Source: a virus
Strand: one strand, 5' to 3'
Length of the DNA: 64,000 bases
Virus record (IMG/VR): IMGVR_UViG_3300005253_002057
Span: 1-64,000 of that record
This document shows, one piece after another, positions 62,045-64,000 of this stretch. Position 1 is the stretch's first letter, and each line of letters starts with the position of its first letter. The position numbers were made by a program, and so were the translations under genes. The notes beneath the pieces are model-generated. The model worked only from the letters and a program-made list of their open reading frames with translations. It made no database searches and was not told where the DNA came from.

Positions 62045-62073
62045 TTGACATTATCATCAAGATGATGTATAAT
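62045..62073 (+). promoter_or_regulatory. sigma70-type promoter (leaderless ATG at 62080)
   Basis: TTGACA-17-TATAAT. Confidence 0.9.
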
Positions 62074-63321
62074 GTAATTATGAACATTTTCACATCCGTA
62101 AGCAAAATAGAATCAGCCACAGGGCTATGGAATGAGGTAAGAAATTCTAGTAAGTGGTACAGCTTTATAGTACTAGGGGAAGAAACCACAGCATTTTCTC
62201 AAACCATAAAATATTCCCCTCTAGTAAGATTGGAGTTTAGTTGTGAGGCTGCAGATCTAACCAGCATCATAGTAAGCAAACAGCTAGGAAGTCAAATAGA
62301 CTGTGAGCTGTATGCAAAACGTCTATTGTATCATTACACCAGAAAAGACTAGGAGGAGAAGATATGGCCAAGCTCAAGAGAAATACACTAGCACGACCAG
62401 CCCCTAACTCTGTAGTGGGAAGCTCCTTCAGAGCAGCAGGCAATGCTCTTCAGCCCAAGAAAATGAAGACTGGGACCGGCTCCAATAGGGGCTCCTTAAC
62501 CAAAGCAAACAAATTAATAGTGAACTCCTTCGGAAACGCTGGAAAGCATGCTTTCAAGCCTGTTAAAAAGGTTAAGATGGGAAGAAAGTAGTGCTATGGC
62601 CCAGCTACTAAGAGGAAGTCCCAGTAATAAAGGCTTTGCCTCAGTACAACCCTTCTTCCCCACAGAAGGATCTGGAGATCGCTTTGCTCAATGGGCTGTA
62701 GAAGTATCTGACTTTCTAATAGCATCAGGGGCACAAGAATTAGGGCAAGTAAGATCTGGTAAGACTATAGAGTCTTCCTTTGACTTTCAAGGGGGACTAA
62801 TTAAAATAAAGGCTAGTCTTCCAGAAGCTGAGGCAGAGTTTGCTGAAGTTCTAATAGCTACTAAGCATCCAAACAAGAGAGCAGTGGCTGAAAGATTAGC
62901 CTCTCTTGCCAACCCTGCTAGCGCACTCACTACTACTAGTACAGAAGCCATACCTCTTCCAGCTACTAATCTAGAGCCTACCTTAGATGAACTAGAGACT
63001 GATATAGATTCTCAAGAGTTAGAACTAGAACCCGCACAAGCAGGTCCTACTAGAAGAGGGTTCTTCAGTCTTTCAGGCTTTAGTAGCGGAAGGGGATTTA
63101 GCGTTGCTCCGAGACAGTAGGGTCTTCTAAGTGCGTCACTGCAACAACAAAGACTGTAGACACATATTCGCAAAACCCAATATAGTACTAGACAAGCTAT
63201 CCGTAGCCATACGTGGTCCTGTCCCCTTAGAAGATTCTACTGCCGAACTAGAACTCTTACCTAAAGATAAACAGCAATTTTGCTCCTCTAGATGCCTAAT
63301 AACTGAGCTAGAAAGGGCTAT

Positions 63322-63657
63322 ATGTTAGAACTGCCTAGGCTAATGAGGGGGGAAACTACAGTAGAAAGAACCGGACACGGTAATGCTTATATAGTAGTAT
63401 CCTTTATAGATAAAAGTAACTACCCTATAAAAATACATTGCTATATGGGAAAGACTAGTTCCTGCGATAGAGCTAATTCTGAGGCTATATCAATAATAGT
63501 AAGTATTCTACTACAGAATAAAGCTGACCCTAGTGAAATACTAGCCCACTTAGTAGGTATAGAGTGCTGTCCAGTAGCTGGAGGGGCTAAGTCAGTTCCA
63601 GATGCTATGGGTAGAGTACTAAGGAAATACTTACAGCCTTTTATAGACAAGCAGTAA
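63322..63657 (+). CDS. stand-alone TSCPD domain (class II ribonucleotide reductase C-terminal/NrdJb-like)
   Basis: LRGxT...TGHGNAYI...GK..SC..A.SEAI...L.GI.C...SVPDA. Confidence 0.8.
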   Translation: MLELPRLMRGETTVERTGHGNAYIVVSFIDKSNYPIKIHCYMGKTSSCDRANSEAISIIVSILLQNKADPSEILAHLVGIECCPVAGGAKSVPDAMGRVLRKYLQPFIDKQ

Positions 63658-63661
63658 GATA

Positions 63662-64000
63662 ATGAATATTCTTCTGGAAGACAACGAAGTAAGTAACAGT
63701 GTAGTTTCTTTTCTACGACAACAAGGCTACACTGTATTCAATAAGCTTCCTAAAGCTACTAGACTAGACTATGCTATATCTACTAATGGAATAAGTACTC
63801 TATACAAATGGAGTCCTAGAAGAAACTTATTCAAGAAGACACCTATAGCTAACAAGATAATACTTTGGCAAACTAAAGAACTAATAAAGAATATAAGCAA
63901 GTTGGATAAGTTAGATGATGTATGGTACATAACTCATCCAGCTCAACTAGAAGGAGTTTTACCCCTATCTCCTAAAGTATTACCCTTACTTCTAAAGGAT
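63662..64000 (+). CDS. hypothetical protein (truncated by window end)
   Basis: open frame MNILLEDNEV... running to the end of the window. Confidence 0.5.
   Translation, partial: MNILLEDNEVSNSVVSFLRQQGYTVFNKLPKATRLDYAISTNGISTLYKWSPRRNLFKKTPIANKIILWQTKELIKNISKLDKLDDVWYITHPAQLEGVLPLSPKVLPLLLKD

Noticed and set aside
1-64000. Amber (TAG) stop-codon reassignment suggested by TAG abundance
   Set aside because: Conserved enzymes are full length in the standard code, and several genes end in TAG directly before the next start

Overview
The window is part of a large dsDNA virus genome (over 64 kb; no host housekeeping genes, no tRNA or rRNA recognised). A leftward arm (1-23.4 kb) holds many small early/accessory genes plus ThyX, a SNF2 helicase, a radical SAM protein, a DEDD nuclease and a cohesin-dockerin protein. 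An AT-rich, repeat-structured putative origin lies at 21.7-22.5 kb, with a divergent promoter switch at 23.4 kb. The rightward arm encodes dUTPase, a Sak4-like ATPase/SSB/Cas4-like nuclease recombination set, a 7-deazaguanine DNA-modification pathway (folE, queD, queE, queC, DpdA-like transglycosylase) and a UDG-PolA fusion polymerase. The morphogenesis module is the main surprise. No terminase, portal, HK97 capsid, tail tube or lysis genes are seen. Instead there are two small two-helix hydrophobic proteins resembling the major/minor capsid proteins of archaeal spindle-shaped viruses (SSV1 VP1/VP3 type), large membrane-anchored adhesins and a Zot/pI-like ATPase. Yet transcription signals are bacterial sigma70 promoters (TTGACA-17-TATAAT, several leaderless). 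The best hypothesis is a spindle-shaped or extruded virus of bacteria, with a host possibly in Chloroflexota. The right end carries an expanded family of apparently circularly permuted winged-helix proteins and many very basic small proteins. All homology calls are from motif recognition only; no searches were run.
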